A stretch of 64,000 bases of DNA from Atribacterota bacterium (GCA_040767965.1 JAXGNR010000004.1:544001-608000), one strand, 5' to 3'. Positions 49,939-62,436 are shown, numbered from the stretch's first letter. Numbers and translations are program-made. Notes: generated by a model not told the origin, from the letters alone.

Positions 49939-51110
49939 ATGAAAAAAGGTATTGGAATATTGGGGTCTACCGGTTCTATTGGAAAACAAACACTAGAAGT
50001 TATAGACTCTGAAATAGATAATTTCGAGATAATTGCCTTGTCTGCCTGGAAAAATGTGGATTTATTAAAAAAGCAAATTCTTAAATATAAGCCTGGTATG
50101 TAGCTGTTAAAGACGAAAAATTAGCTCGAGAATTAAGAAATAAATTAAAAAATAAAAATAACTGCAGCATACTATATGGAGAATATGGACTTACAAAAAT
50201 TGCTTCTCTAAAAGAAATTGAGATTTTAATAGTTGGAACATCAGGAATGATGATATTAAATTCAGTTTTAGAAGCAATTAAAAATAATAAAATAATTGGA
50301 CTTGCAAACAAAGAGGTTATTGTTTCAGCTGGTGAAATAATAATGAAAGAAGTTAAAGACAAAATGACAATTGTACCTATTGACAGTGAACATAATGGTA
50401 TATTTCAATGTATTAACCCTGTACATATAAAAAATATTGAAAAAATTATAATAACTGCCTCTGGAGGTCCTTTTTACCATTTAAAAGAATCAGCTTTAGA
50501 TAATGTATCAGTAGAAGAGGCTTTAAACCATCCTAACTGGAAAATGGGCAATAAGATCTCCATTGATTCTGCAACATTGATGAATAAGGGTTTAGAGGTG
50601 ATAGAAGCTCACTGGCTCTTTGATATTGCTGTTAACAAAATAGATGTTTTAATTCATCCTCAAAGTTATGTACATGCTTTGGTTCAATACGATGATGGCA
50701 GCATGTTAGCACAGTTAAGCGAACATGATATGAGAATTCCCATACAGTTTGCATTACATTATCCCCATAGAATAAAAAATAATTTTCCAAGGTTAAATCT
50801 GGCAAAAATAAGTCAACTGTCATTTAAGAAACTTGATGCAAAAAGATTTCCCAGCGTTGAGCTCTGCTATGAAGCAATTAGACAGGGGGGTACTTTGCCA
50901 GCAGCGTTGAACGCTTCTAACGAGGTTGCAGTTAATGCATTTTTAAATCAAGGTTTGAAATTTAAAGACATTATTAAGATAGTATCTATTGTTGTGGGAA
51001 AACATCAGAATAAATTAAATCCAAATATTAATGATATAATAGATGTTGATAAAGAAACAAGAAAAATAACAGCACAACTTTGTACAGATACAAAAATCAG
51101 CTATCAATGA
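49939..51110 (+). pseudogene. dxr: 1-deoxy-D-xylulose-5-phosphate reductoisomerase with an apparent 1-nt deletion at about 50091-50100 (probably an assembly error)
   Basis: The unlisted 5' part, 49939-50103, encodes [21 protein letters not shown]...KYKP. It continues in the -1 frame (YVAVKDEK...) into the track ORF with LANKE, PIDSEH, TASGGPF and KISIDSATLMNKGLEVIEA. Confidence 0.92.
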
Positions 51111-51145
51111 GAATATAGAAATAATTATTTAAGTTAAAGGAGAAA

Positions 51146-52207
51146 ATGATATTGCTAACAGTACTATCTTTTATTTTTGTTTTAGGAATAGCAATTTTAT
51201 TTCATGAATTTGGACATTTTATTACAGCGAAAGCAGCAGGTGTAAAAGTATTTAGTTTTGCTTTGGGTTTTGGTCCTAAAATAGTTGGATTTTATTGGAA
51301 AGGTACTGAATACAAATTGTGTATGTTCCCTTTTGGTGGTTATGTCAAAATGGCCGGAGAAGATTCTTCTGAAGAAAATAATGACGATAAACAAAATAAA
51401 AACAATATACCTGACAATCAAAGGTTTGACAAAAAACCATTTTCAATTAGAGCTGCAGTTATAATAAATGGTCCAATAATGAACATTGTTTTAGCTACAA
51501 TTTTGCTTGCAATAGTATTCTTTTTTACCGGTCAAGCTGAAATATCAAATAAAATTAGCGAAGTATCTTTAGACAGTCCAGCAGGTGTTGCAGGTTTACA
51601 AAATGGTGACACCATAATCGAAATTAATGAAAAGGTAATAAGCAATGCAGAAGAGATAACGAAAATAATAAATGAAAGCCTTGATGAGGAATTGATGATT
51701 ACTGTAATGCGTGAAAATGAAAAATTAGATTTTTATTTATTTCCAGAGTACAATGCTGAGCACGGAAGAGCTATGATAGGTATCACTCTTGATATTGATT
51801 TTAAAAAAATATCTATTTTTTCAGCACTAAATAAATCTTTTGCCATGACTAAAGAAATACTAATTTTAATTGGGAAAAGCTTTTCTGAAATGATAACAGG
51901 CACCATGCCAGTTGAACTGGCAGGTCCATTAGGTATTGCACAAATGGCAGGGGAAGCCGCCAGAGTAGGGTTCCTTAATTTATTATTTTTTGCTGCAGTT
52001 ATAAACATATTTCTAGGGGTGATAAATCTTTTGCCAATACCTATAATGGACGGCGGTCAAATATTATTATTAATAATAGAGAAGATAAGAAAAAAGCCAC
52101 TTGAACCGGAACATATTAATTTTCTTTATCTGGCTGGAACTACTCTTGTTGTTATGATATTTTTAATTGCAACTTATCAAGATATTATAAGAATATTTAC
52201 AGATTAA
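51146..52207 (+). CDS. rseP: RIP metalloprotease RseP (M50 with PDZ)
   Basis: HEFGH, FALGFGP, PFGGYVKM.G, PDZ domain, NLLPIP..DGG. Confidence 0.95.
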   Translation: MILLTVLSFIFVLGIAILFHEFGHFITAKAAGVKVFSFALGFGPKIVGFYWKGTEYKLCMFPFGGYVKMAGEDSSEENNDDKQNKNNIPDNQRFDKKPFSIRAAVIINGPIMNIVLATILLAIVFFFTGQAEISNKISEVSLDSPAGVAGLQNGDTIIEINEKVISNAEEITKIINESLDEELMITVMRENEKLDFYLFPEYNAEHGRAMIGITLDIDFKKISIFSALNKSFAMTKEILILIGKSFSEMITGTMPVELAGPLGIAQMAGEAARVGFLNLLFFAAVINIFLGVINLLPIPIMDGGQILLLIIEKIRKKPLEPEHINFLYLAGTTLVVMIFLIATYQDIIRIFTD

Positions 52208-52234
52208 CAAATATTAAAAAAGAATAGGATCAAA

Positions 52235-53323
52235 ATGAATTACCAAAGAATTAGGAGAAAAACTACTATTTCACAAATTGGAAAATTAAAAATAGGTGGA
52301 GAGGCCCCTATTTCAGTCCAGTCTATGACTAGCTGCAATGTTAAAGACTATAGCCTAACAGTTCAACAAATAAAAAAACTAGAGTCGGCTGGATGTGACT
52401 TAATAAGAATTGCATTTCCTGATATTGAATCATGCAAAATGATACCTCTTTTAAAAAAGATAACATCAATGCCATTAATGGGTGATATTCATTTTGATCC
52501 AAGAATCGCACTTTCAGCAATAAATAACGGAATAGATGGAATAAGAATAAATCCTGGGAATATACGCAAAGAATCCCAGTGGTTAAGTGTTATTAATGCA
52601 GCAAAAAATAATAATGTAATGATTAGATTTGGTATTAATTCTGGTTCAATTGATAAAACCATATTGGCAAAGTACCCCGAACCTGATTATAAAGCATTGA
52701 TTGAGGAAACAGAAAACTTACTAGAATTTTTAGAAAAAATAGATTATAAAAACATTGTTATTTCTATTAAGTCCAGTAATGTAATAGATACCATTATTGC
52801 AAATCAAGTAATTGCCAGTAAATGTGATTACCCTTTACACCTGGGGGTTACCGAAGCAGGATTTGGACGATCCGGAGTTATAAAATCTGCAATTGGTATT
52901 GGCACACTCCTTTTTAAAGGTATTGGTGATACCATCAGAGTGTCTTTATCTGGTGACCCGGAAGACGAGGTGCTTGCCGGTCATGATATATTATCTTCAT
53001 TGGAAATAAAAAAAAGAGGAGTAAATATAATTTCTTGTCCTACTTGTGGGAGATGTGAAGTTGATATCTATAAAATCGCATCGGAAATAGAGAATAAATT
53101 TAAAAAAATAAAAAAACCAATAACAATTGCTATAATGGGATGTGTGGTTAATGGGCCTGGTGAGGCAAAAAGTGCAGATATAGGAATAGCTTTTAACAAA
53201 AAAGAGGCTATGATTTTTAAAAAAGGGGAAATGATAAAACGATTAAACTACACTGATTCAGATTATCAGTTAGTAAGTGAAATTCAAGATATATTAAGTA
53301 AGACTATCCAAAAAGAGGGTTAA
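52235..53323 (+). CDS. ispG: 4-hydroxy-3-methylbut-2-en-1-yl diphosphate synthase
   Basis: VQSMT, DIHF, RINPGNI, LHLGVTEAG, GDTIRVSL, SCPTCGR, MGCVVNGPGE. Confidence 0.97.
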   Translation: MNYQRIRRKTTISQIGKLKIGGEAPISVQSMTSCNVKDYSLTVQQIKKLESAGCDLIRIAFPDIESCKMIPLLKKITSMPLMGDIHFDPRIALSAINNGIDGIRINPGNIRKESQWLSVINAAKNNNVMIRFGINSGSIDKTILAKYPEPDYKALIEETENLLEFLEKIDYKNIVISIKSSNVIDTIIANQVIASKCDYPLHLGVTEAGFGRSGVIKSAIGIGTLLFKGIGDTIRVSLSGDPEDEVLAGHDILSSLEIKKRGVNIISCPTCGRCEVDIYKIASEIENKFKKIKKPITIAIMGCVVNGPGEAKSADIGIAFNKKEAMIFKKGEMIKRLNYTDSDYQLVSEIQDILSKTIQKEG

Positions 53324-53324
53324 A

Positions 53325-53954
53325 ATGAGTATTTCAGTTATTATACCTGCATATAATGAAGAAATTACTATTGGAGATATAATTAAGACTGTTAAAAAAG
53401 TTCCAGAAATAAATTCAATTATTGTAGTAAGTGATGGTTCTACTGATAAAACTGCATTAATCGCTGGATCTTTTGAAGTAGAAGTATGTAATTTAAAAGA
53501 AAATATAGGCAAAGGTGCTGCAATAAAAAAAGGTTTTGAAAAAACGAATTCTGATATACTGTTATTTTTGGATGCAGATTTAATAGGGCTAACTGAAGAT
53601 CATATATATTCATTGATAAAGCCAATTCAAAAAAATGAAGTCGATATGACTATTGGAGTGTTTTCCAAAGGAAGATTTCTTACTGACTTACCTCAAATTT
53701 TAACTCCTTATCTTTCTGGGCAAAGAGGCGTAAAAAGAGAAATTATTAATAATTTACCTGATTTAGATATATTAAACTATGGATTAGAAATGGCTATAAC
53801 AAAAGTAGTTAAAAAAAATAATTATCAGGTTCAAATAGTAAAATTACATAATTTAACGCAAAGAATTAAAGAAGAGAAGTATGGCTTGGTAGAAGGTACA
53901 AAAAAACGGATAAAAATGTATTTAGATATTATAAAACAGTTAAAATCTGATTAA
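53325..53954 (+). CDS. glycosyltransferase family 2 protein
   Basis: VIIPAYNEE, DGSTD.T, N.GKG.A, FLDAD, LSGQR. Confidence 0.88.
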   Translation: MSISVIIPAYNEEITIGDIIKTVKKVPEINSIIVVSDGSTDKTALIAGSFEVEVCNLKENIGKGAAIKKGFEKTNSDILLFLDADLIGLTEDHIYSLIKPIQKNEVDMTIGVFSKGRFLTDLPQILTPYLSGQRGVKREIINNLPDLDILNYGLEMAITKVVKKNNYQVQIVKLHNLTQRIKEEKYGLVEGTKKRIKMYLDIIKQLKSD

Positions 53955-54098
53955 GTTTTTATTAAAAATTAAAATAATTCAATTAATGTTAATAGTATTT
54001 TAAAACCAAGCTTCAAATAAATACATCAAAAAAATAATTGGCAATTTAACAATTAAGTTATAATTGCTTTTGCTTTAAATAAAAATATTACTGTAAAA

Positions 54099-54127
54099 TT
54101 GACTAATAAAAAAATATATGGTAAATT
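54099..54127 (+). promoter_or_regulatory. sigma70-type promoter for the ATPase operon
   Basis: TTGACT-N17-TAAATT with an extended -10 TG. Confidence 0.55.
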
Positions 54128-54233
54128 TTTAAAGTGTTTTATTTTTTAATAAATTATTTTTGATGATATATTTAGAAATATAATACAGAAATATTTCTAA
54201 ATATATAAAAATTTCTTTATCGGAGAGCTGAAA

Positions 54234-54551
54234 ATGTTAAAAAAAACTATAAAAGAATTGAAAAGTGCAGAAAATGAAGCTGAACAAATAGTTGAAAACG
54301 CAAAAAAAGAATTTCAAATAATGATTCAAAACAAAAAGAAAGAACAAAACATTACAAAAGAAAAGTTGATTGATGAATTAAACAGTAAAGGTCAAGAGAT
54401 AGTAATAGAAAAAATAAATAATGCTAAACAAAAATCAATAGAAATTAACAATGCCTGCAATAAACAGCAGGAATTAATAAGAAAGATTGCTCAGGATAAA
54501 TTTGAAGAAGCAATTAAAATGATAATTGATGAACTGGTAAAGGTAAAATAA
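54234..54551 (+). CDS. V/A-type ATPase subunit H/G (peripheral stalk; NtpF-like)
   Basis: Charged helical protein IKELKSAENEAEQIVENAK; first gene of the operon. Confidence 0.8.
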   Translation: MLKKTIKELKSAENEAEQIVENAKKEFQIMIQNKKKEQNITKEKLIDELNSKGQEIVIEKINNAKQKSIEINNACNKQQELIRKIAQDKFEEAIKMIIDELVKVK

Positions 54552-54552
54552 A

Positions 54553-56544
54553 ATGGCAGTATCAAAAATAAAAAAATTCCATATTTTTGCCCATTTATCT
54601 TTAAAGGAAAGCATGTTAAAAGAGTTACAGAAATTATCTTGTGTTGAAATAACAAAGATTGAAAAAAAAGCTCTTTTTCATGAATGGGAGAAGATAGGAG
54701 AAAATACTGATGATAATGTAACTTCTGAATTAAATAAAGTAAAATTTTGTATAGATCTTTTTAATTTATATAAAAATAGTGATGACAAAAAATCCGTTCG
54801 TATAATTCATGAAAAAGAAACTATTGATTATGAAGAATTATCTAAAATTATATCTAATTTTAATTATGATGAAATTTATCAAAATTGCAAAAATCTGGAC
54901 AGTGAGATAAATAATTTAAAATTACAAAAAAGTAAATTAAATAATACTTTTAATGAAGTCCTGGATTGGGAAGAACTGGAATTAGATTTAGCCCAAACAA
55001 ATAAATCCAGATATATTAATTACATATTGGCTACAGTCAACAAAAATGTACTCAATATTGTGAAGGAAGATCTGGCAAAAAAAAATATATTAAGTCTTAT
55101 TGAAATAGTAAAAGAAGAAAAAAATAATCTAAAAGTTATTATTATAGGATTAAAAGAAAAAAGTGAAGAGCTAAAAAAAATAATTCAAAAACATCAGGTA
55201 GAAATATTTAATTATCCGCAACCATTAACTGGCACGCCCAAACAAATTTTGTCAAACATAAAACTACAACTAGATAATATTGATAACAGATTGATTGAAA
55301 TAGCAGATCAATTAAAAAACATTGGAAAAGAAAATAAAGAAATTTATAAAATATACGACTATTTAGCAACTGTTAGAGATAAAGAATCCATAAAGGAAAA
55401 TATTATAAAAAGTGAAAACGCTTTTGTAATAAAAGGATGGGTAAAAAATAAGGAAATTCCTAAGCTAGAAAAAAAGTTAAATGAACATTTTAAAGAATAC
55501 GAAGTATTTTTTACTGAACCAGACAAGCAGGACCAGGTACCGGTATCATTGGAAAATCATAAGCTTGTTGAGCCGTTTGAGGTCATAACTGAACTATACA
55601 GTCTACCTAATTATTTCGAAATAGATCCTACACCGATATTATCAGTATTTTACTTTATATTTTTTGGTTTATGTTTATCAGATGTAGGGTATGGAGCAGC
55701 CATTGCTATAATCTGCTATTTGTCTATAAAGAAATTTAAATTAGAAGGAAGTGCGAAAAAGTTTTTGACCCTGTTATACTATTGTGGTATTGCAGGAATC
55801 TTTGGTGGCATACTGGTGGGAAGCTGGTTTGGTGATATACTAAATTATTTGCCATCCTCTTTAGGGAACTTGAGAAATATGCTTACACAGAAAATTGCAC
55901 TTTTTGACCCCACTAATAACCCCATTCCGCTTCTGATTCTAAGCTTAGTCTTAGGAGTTATCCATGTATATGTCGGAATTATATTAAAATTTGTGGATAA
56001 TATTAAAAGTAACAAATTAGCAGATGGCTTAATGGACCAAATTTCATGGATATTGTTCTTAACCGGAATAATAATGGTATTAGTTAAAGGGATGTTACCA
56101 GCGTATTTATCTTCCGTTGCTTGGGGATTATTGTTTTCTGGCATGTTAATTCTTGTGCTTACTCAAGGGAGAAACAACAAAAATATTATTATGCGAATCG
56201 GCAGCGGGATTTTATCTTTATATAATATCACTGGATATTTTAGCGACGTACTTTCATATTCCAGATTATTTGCTCTTGGTTTAGCTACAGGGATAATAGC
56301 AACAATGTTTAACATGCTGGCGAATATGGTTGATATACCTTTTATAGGAATAATTCTGACTATAATAATTCTATTTATCGGTCACGTATTTAACTTGCTT
56401 ATTAGTGGATTAAGCGCTTTTATTCATGATGCCAGACTGCAATATGTTGAATTTTTTACTAAATTTTATCAAGCTGGTGGTAATTCATTTCAACCTTTTG
56501 GATTAAAAACTACATACGTTAAAATAAAAGAAAAAAATGATTAA
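54553..56544 (+). CDS. atpI: V/A-type ATPase subunit I (a)
   Basis: GWV, YSLP.Y.EIDPT, FFG....D.GYG, DVLSYSRLFALGLA, RLQYVEFF.KFY. Confidence 0.95.
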   Translation: MAVSKIKKFHIFAHLSLKESMLKELQKLSCVEITKIEKKALFHEWEKIGENTDDNVTSELNKVKFCIDLFNLYKNSDDKKSVRIIHEKETIDYEELSKIISNFNYDEIYQNCKNLDSEINNLKLQKSKLNNTFNEVLDWEELELDLAQTNKSRYINYILATVNKNVLNIVKEDLAKKNILSLIEIVKEEKNNLKVIIIGLKEKSEELKKIIQKHQVEIFNYPQPLTGTPKQILSNIKLQLDNIDNRLIEIADQLKNIGKENKEIYKIYDYLATVRDKESIKENIIKSENAFVIKGWVKNKEIPKLEKKLNEHFKEYEVFFTEPDKQDQVPVSLENHKLVEPFEVITELYSLPNYFEIDPTPILSVFYFIFFGLCLSDVGYGAAIAIICYLSIKKFKLEGSAKKFLTLLYYCGIAGIFGGILVGSWFGDILNYLPSSLGNLRNMLTQKIALFDPTNNPIPLLILSLVLGVIHVYVGIILKFVDNIKSNKLADGLMDQISWILFLTGIIMVLVKGMLPAYLSSVAWGLLFSGMLILVLTQGRNNKNIIMRIGSGILSLYNITGYFSDVLSYSRLFALGLATGIIATMFNMLANMVDIPFIGIILTIIILFIGHVFNLLISGLSAFIHDARLQYVEFFTKFYQAGGNSFQPFGLKTTYVKIKEKND

Positions 56545-56601
56545 ATGATTAATTGCTAGTATTAATAGCAATTTAAATAAAAAATAAAAGAAAAAGATTG
56601 A

Positions 56602-57093
<492 letters not shown>

Positions 57094-57150
57094 AAAAAGC
57101 AACTTAATCTAACCTAATACTAATAAAATGAGAAAATACAGGAGTATTTT

Positions 57151-57762
57151 ATGCCCATTAAAGATATTAAGGAAAAAATAATCAATGATGCTATAGAGGA
57201 AAAGGAAAAATTATATCAGGAAGTTAATATATCCATAAAAGAACTAGAAGATGATTTTGAAAGGGAAAAGAAAAACCTGAAAGAAAATATTTTAGGCCGC
57301 TACAACCAGGAAGCTGAAATAAAGGAAAAAAATATTTTGACTGAAGCAAAGTTAGAAGCTAATAAAAAAATATTAGCTGAAAAACAAAGCATATTAAATA
57401 AAGTGTTTGATGAAGCTGCAAAGCGAATAAGTAATTTAGGTAAAGCAGAATATTTAGAGTTGATTGAAAATTTAATTATGGAAAATATTGAAACCGGGGA
57501 TGAAACCATATTTATTTCTGAAAAAGATAAAGCAGTGATCAATCAGGAATACTTAAAGACTATTAATAAAAAAATATTACAAATTGGTAAAAAGGGAGAA
57601 TTGTCTCTGTCTAATGATTATATTCCAATCAGCGGTGGTATCGTGATAGGCAAAGATGAAATAAAGAAAAATGCTTCAATTGAAATAATGTTAAACAAGA
57701 TCAAGGAAGATTATGAAACTAAGCTAAGCAATTTTTTGTTTCAATCAAGTAATGAGGGTTGA
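57151..57762 (+). CDS. atpE: V/A-type ATPase subunit E
   Basis: I.EKII.DA..E coiled coil, then ISGG.V...N.S; operon position. Confidence 0.9.
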   Translation: MPIKDIKEKIINDAIEEKEKLYQEVNISIKELEDDFEREKKNLKENILGRYNQEAEIKEKNILTEAKLEANKKILAEKQSILNKVFDEAAKRISNLGKAEYLELIENLIMENIETGDETIFISEKDKAVINQEYLKTINKKILQIGKKGELSLSNDYIPISGGIVIGKDEIKKNASIEIMLNKIKEDYETKLSNFLFQSSNEG

Positions 57763-57764
57763 TA

Positions 57765-58795
57765 ATGTTTTTAAAATATATTAATGAAAATACTAATGGT
57801 CAGGAAGAATATGGTTATGCCTGCGGTAGGATAAGAGAGCTTGAAAAAACTCTATTAACTTCTGAAATATTGAATAAATTGATTGAATCTACTGATTATG
57901 AATCTTGCTTAAGAATGTTAACTGAAATACCATTAGATGAGTATTTATTTGAGGAAAATCAAGACATTCCAATTCATTACTACTTAGACAACATAATGAA
58001 AAAAAATCTAAGAGTTATTGAAGAAATATCTCCTTATCCTTTTTTGCCAAAATTGCTTAAAAATAAATATGATTTTTATAATTTAAAAGTATTGTTAAAG
58101 GCAAAATTAACTTTCAGTAAAGATGAAATACCTGCTTTTGACATAGGCAATATTCCACTGGAAAGAATTAAAGAAGCAGTATTTGAAAATAAACTTCAAT
58201 CAGTGCCAATGCTGGTAGAAAGACTTATTAAAGAAGCTGAAGAAGAGTATATGAAAACTGACAGCTTGTTTATTTTAGAAACAATGTTGAGTAATGGTTA
58301 TTTTGAGATGATTTTTAATGAATTAAATAATATCAACAATGATTTTTTAACCAGTTACTACAAAACAGAAGTTGACTTGTTAAATATAATAATTGCCTGC
58401 AGGAGCAAAATTAGACATATAAAAAAAACAAATTTATTGGAATATTTAATAAAAAATGGCCGCATGCATATTAATAAATTAAGTCAAATATATGAAAATT
58501 CTATTCAGTCGTGGCCCAATTATTTTCAAAAACCGATTACGAAGCCCTAGTTAGTGAAGGAATAAAATATTGGCAAGATAATAAATCTTTAACTAGAATA
58601 GAAATATTAAAAGATAATTATTTACTTGATTTGTTAAAAATTGGTAAATACACATCTTTTGGTTTGGAAAGTATCATCGGTTATATTTACGCTAAAGAAA
58701 ATGATATAAAAAATATTCGCATAATTCTGAATGCTAAAAAATATTTATTATCAAAAAATATAATTAAAAATAATGTAAGGGATACTTATGTCTAA
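57765..58795 (+). pseudogene. atpC: V/A-type ATPase subunit C, split by an apparent 1-nt deletion at T4-C-A5 (58523-58532); probably an assembly error
   Basis: N-part has YGYACGRIRELE..LL and YDFYNLKVLLK. C-part (track 58511-58795) has FGLESIIGYIYAKENDIKNIRII. Adding one base gives a full-length protein of about 343 aa. Confidence 0.9.
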
Positions 58796-59111
58796 AATAG
58801 CAATAATTGGAGAAAAAGATATTATATTTGGGTTCAGTCTTGTTGGATTCCAAACATTTCCAGTTGAAAAAGTTGAAGATGCAATAAAAGCATTAAAAGA
58901 ATGTTCAAAGAAAGAATATGCTATTTCTTTCATAACAAATGAAATTGCAGCTGAAATACTTGAAGAAATTGAAGAAATACAAAAAATATCTACAATGACT
59001 ATTTGTATCCTTCCAAGTAGAACTGAAAAAACTGATCTTAGCCTGAATATGTTAAGAAGAAATGTTGAAAAAGCTGTTGGTACAGATATTTTGTTTAGAA
59101 AAGAGGGATAA
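58788..59111 (+). CDS. atpF: V/A-type ATPase subunit F
   Basis: KIAIIGEKD...GF...G, VEKAVG.DI. Confidence 0.93.
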   Translation: MSKIAIIGEKDIIFGFSLVGFQTFPVEKVEDAIKALKECSKKEYAISFITNEIAAEILEEIEEIQKISTMTICILPSRTEKTDLSLNMLRRNVEKAVGTDILFRKEG

Positions 59112-59113
59112 GA

Positions 59114-60907
59114 ATGCAACAAAATGAAGGCAAAATCATAAAAGTTTCCGGCCCTGTAGTTATCGCAAGTGGGCTAAAAGGAGCTAAAATGTATGATGTT
59201 GTACAGGTTAGCAAGGACAAACTTATTGGTGAAATCATTGAATTACACAATGATAGAGCAACTATACAAGTATATGAAGAAACTTCTGGAATTGGTCCTG
59301 GCGAGCCAGTATTTACTACTGGTATGCCTTTAAGCGTAGAATTAGGTCCTGGTTTAATAAAATCCATATATGATGGTATTCAAAGGCCTTTAGATATTAT
59401 TTTCCAAAATGAGGGTTCTTTTATTGCGAGAGGTGTAGAGGCAGCAAGTCTAAATAGAGAAAAAAAATGGGAGTTTAAACCATTAAAGAAAAATGGAGAC
59501 AATGTCATTTCCGGTGATAAGTTAGGAGTTGTTCAGGAAACCTCTATTATTCCTCATTACATAATGGTACCACTAGGAGTCGAAGGAACAATTGAAAATA
59601 TCAAAGAAGGAAGTTACAAGATCACTGATACTGTAGCTGAGATCAAGGATAAAAATGGAAAAATACAAAAAATTCAAATGATCCAAAAATGGCCAGTAAG
59701 AAAGATGAGACCTTACAAAGAGAAAATGCCACCGAAAGAACCATTGATTACCGGGCAAAGAGTTATAGACACATTTTTTACCATAGCAAAAGGTGGTACT
59801 GCCTGTATACCGGGGCCTTTCGGTAGTGGGAAAACAGTTGTTCAACATCAGTTGTCAAAATGGTGTAATGCTGAAATTATAGTATTTATTGGTTGTGGAG
59901 AAAGAGGAAATGAAATGACAGATGTTTTACTTGAATTTCCAGAATTGATAGATCCGAATTCAGGAAAACCTCTTATGGAAAGAACAGTATTGATCGCGAA
60001 TACATCCAATATGCCTGTTGCCGCCAGAGAAGCATCTGTTTACACAGGTATTACTATTGCTGAATATTATCGCGATATGGGTTATAATGTTGCCCTAATG
60101 GCAGATTCTACATCTAGATGGGCAGAAGCTATGCGCGAGATATCCGGGAGGTTAGAAGAAATGCCAGGAGAAGAAGGATATCCGGCATATTTAGGAACCA
60201 GAATTGCCAGTTTTTATGAAAGATCTGGTAGAATTAAATGTTTATCTTCCGAAGATCAAGAGGCAACCATCAGTGTAATAGGGGCCGTTTCGCCACCAGG
60301 CGGAGACCTTTCTGAGCCAGTTACACAAAATACTTTGCGTACAGTGCAGGTATATTGGAGTTTGCAGGATAAATTAGCTTATAAAAGACATTTCCCGGCA
60401 ATAGATTGGCTTAAAAGTTATTCTCTTTATCTTGACCAGCTAAGTAGCTATTTTAATAGCGAGGTAAGTGATGATTTTATAAAGATTAGAACAATATCTA
60501 TGAGTCTTTTACAAGAAGAATCAGAACTTGAAGAAACAGTACGCCTGGTCGGTATAGATGCCTTATCAAGCCAGGAAAGGCTAACACTTGATACAGCTCG
60601 TTCAATAAGAGAAGATTTTTTACATCAAAATGCTTTTGATGAAATTGATACTTATACATCAATGAAAAAGCAATATATGATGTTAGAATTAATAATATTT
60701 TTCCATGAAAATGCAAAAAAAGCTCTTTTAGAAGAAGAAATAACCAATGACCAGATTAATCAATTATCAGTAAAAAATAAAATAATAAGATCAAAATTTA
60801 TTTCTGAAGATGAATTGGATAAATTTAATGAAATTAAAAAAGAAATTGTGAAAGAAATCAAATCCCTTTTCGCAGAGAAAAATGGAAAGGATGAACAGAT
60901 ATCATGA
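59114..60907 (+). CDS. atpA: V/A-type ATPase catalytic subunit A
   Basis: [49 protein letters not shown]. Confidence 0.98.
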   Translation: MQQNEGKIIKVSGPVVIASGLKGAKMYDVVQVSKDKLIGEIIELHNDRATIQVYEETSGIGPGEPVFTTGMPLSVELGPGLIKSIYDGIQRPLDIIFQNEGSFIARGVEAASLNREKKWEFKPLKKNGDNVISGDKLGVVQETSIIPHYIMVPLGVEGTIENIKEGSYKITDTVAEIKDKNGKIQKIQMIQKWPVRKMRPYKEKMPPKEPLITGQRVIDTFFTIAKGGTACIPGPFGSGKTVVQHQLSKWCNAEIIVFIGCGERGNEMTDVLLEFPELIDPNSGKPLMERTVLIANTSNMPVAAREASVYTGITIAEYYRDMGYNVALMADSTSRWAEAMREISGRLEEMPGEEGYPAYLGTRIASFYERSGRIKCLSSEDQEATISVIGAVSPPGGDLSEPVTQNTLRTVQVYWSLQDKLAYKRHFPAIDWLKSYSLYLDQLSSYFNSEVSDDFIKIRTISMSLLQEESELEETVRLVGIDALSSQERLTLDTARSIREDFLHQNAFDEIDTYTSMKKQYMMLELIIFFHENAKKALLEEEITNDQINQLSVKNKIIRSKFISEDELDKFNEIKKEIVKEIKSLFAEKNGKDEQIS

Positions 60908-62289
60908 TAAAAGAATATACAACTATTACTGAAGTTAATGGACCCCTTATAATTGTTAATAAGGTATCAGATGTAAAATATGATGAATTAGTAGAAATTG
61001 AATTATCTGACGGAGAAAAAAGAAGAGGACAAGTATTAGAAATTACTGAAGATAAGGCAATAGTTCAAATGTTTGAAGGAACTACCGGTATAGATATTTC
61101 TAATACAAAAGTCAGATTCTTAGGCAGAGTTATTGAAATATCAGTATCAGGAGATATGCTTGGTAGAATATTTGATGGATCTGGTAGGCCTATTGACAAT
61201 GGACCAAGAATAATTGCAGAAAAAAAATTAGATATAAATGGTAGCCCTATAAACCCCTATGCAAGAGATTATCCTAATGATTTTATCCAAACAGGAATAT
61301 CTTCTATTGATGTGCTAAACACCCTGGTAAGAGGTCAAAAATTACCTATTTTTTCTGGATCCGGACTACCTCACTCAAAAGTAGCATCTCAAATTGCCAG
61401 ACAGGCTAAAGTATTAGGAAAAGAAGAAACATTTTCAGTTGTATTTGCAGCAATGGGGATTACATTTGAAGAAGCAAATTTTTTCATTAGTGACTTCAGA
61501 AGAACTGGTGCTATTGAAAAAAGTGTTATGTATATCAATTTAGCAAATGACCCTGCTATCGAAAGAATTATTACACCTAAAATGGCCTTAACAACTGCTG
61601 AATATTTAGCGTTTGAAAAAGACATGCACGTGTTAGTTATATTAACCGATATGACTAATTATTGTGAAGCGCTAAGAGAAGTTTCTGCAGCAAGAAAAGA
61701 AATACCTGGAAGAAGAGGTTATCCTGGTTACCTTTATACTGACCTGGCAACACTTTATGAAAGAGCTGGCCGTATAAAGGATAAAAAAGGCTCTATTACT
61801 ATGGTGCCAATTCTAAGTATGCCTGAAGATGATAAAACACATCCTATTCCTGATTTAACTGGATATATTACTGAAGGACAAATAATTTTAGCCAGAGAAC
61901 TGCACTTGAAAGGCATTTATCCGCCAATAAACGTATTGCCATCTCTGTCAAGACTAAAAGACAAAGGTATTGGCGAAGGGAAAACCAGGGAAGATCATGC
62001 AAATGTTATGAACCAATTATTTGCTTCTTACGCTAGAGGTAAAGAATCAAAAGAACTTGCTACTATCTTGGGTGAAGCGGCCTTGACAGAAGAAGATAAG
62101 AAATATGTTAAATTCTCTGATAAATTTGAGGAAATTTTTGTGCAACAAGGAGAAGATGAAAATAGAGATATTGAAAAAAGTTTAGCAATAGGATGGGAAG
62201 CATTATCAATATTGCCTATAAATGAATTAAAAAGAATAAAAGATGAATATATTGAAAAATATCTCCCTGATGCAGATACAAAAAAATAA
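60904..62289 (+). CDS. atpB: V/A-type ATPase subunit B
   Basis: [58 protein letters not shown]. Confidence 0.98.
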   Translation: MIKEYTTITEVNGPLIIVNKVSDVKYDELVEIELSDGEKRRGQVLEITEDKAIVQMFEGTTGIDISNTKVRFLGRVIEISVSGDMLGRIFDGSGRPIDNGPRIIAEKKLDINGSPINPYARDYPNDFIQTGISSIDVLNTLVRGQKLPIFSGSGLPHSKVASQIARQAKVLGKEETFSVVFAAMGITFEEANFFISDFRRTGAIEKSVMYINLANDPAIERIITPKMALTTAEYLAFEKDMHVLVILTDMTNYCEALREVSAARKEIPGRRGYPGYLYTDLATLYERAGRIKDKKGSITMVPILSMPEDDKTHPIPDLTGYITEGQIILARELHLKGIYPPINVLPSLSRLKDKGIGEGKTREDHANVMNQLFASYARGKESKELATILGEAALTEEDKKYVKFSDKFEEIFVQQGEDENRDIEKSLAIGWEALSILPINELKRIKDEYIEKYLPDADTKK

Positions 62290-62436
62290 TAATTTATTAT
62301 TATTATACATTGGAGTGAAGTGTAAATAATAAAATTATATTTATGCTTTTATCAATTTGATTATTATTAACATAATTCAGTTAATTTAATTACCTGATAT
62401 TTTTTATCACAAACTTAAAATAGGAGCTATATAATA

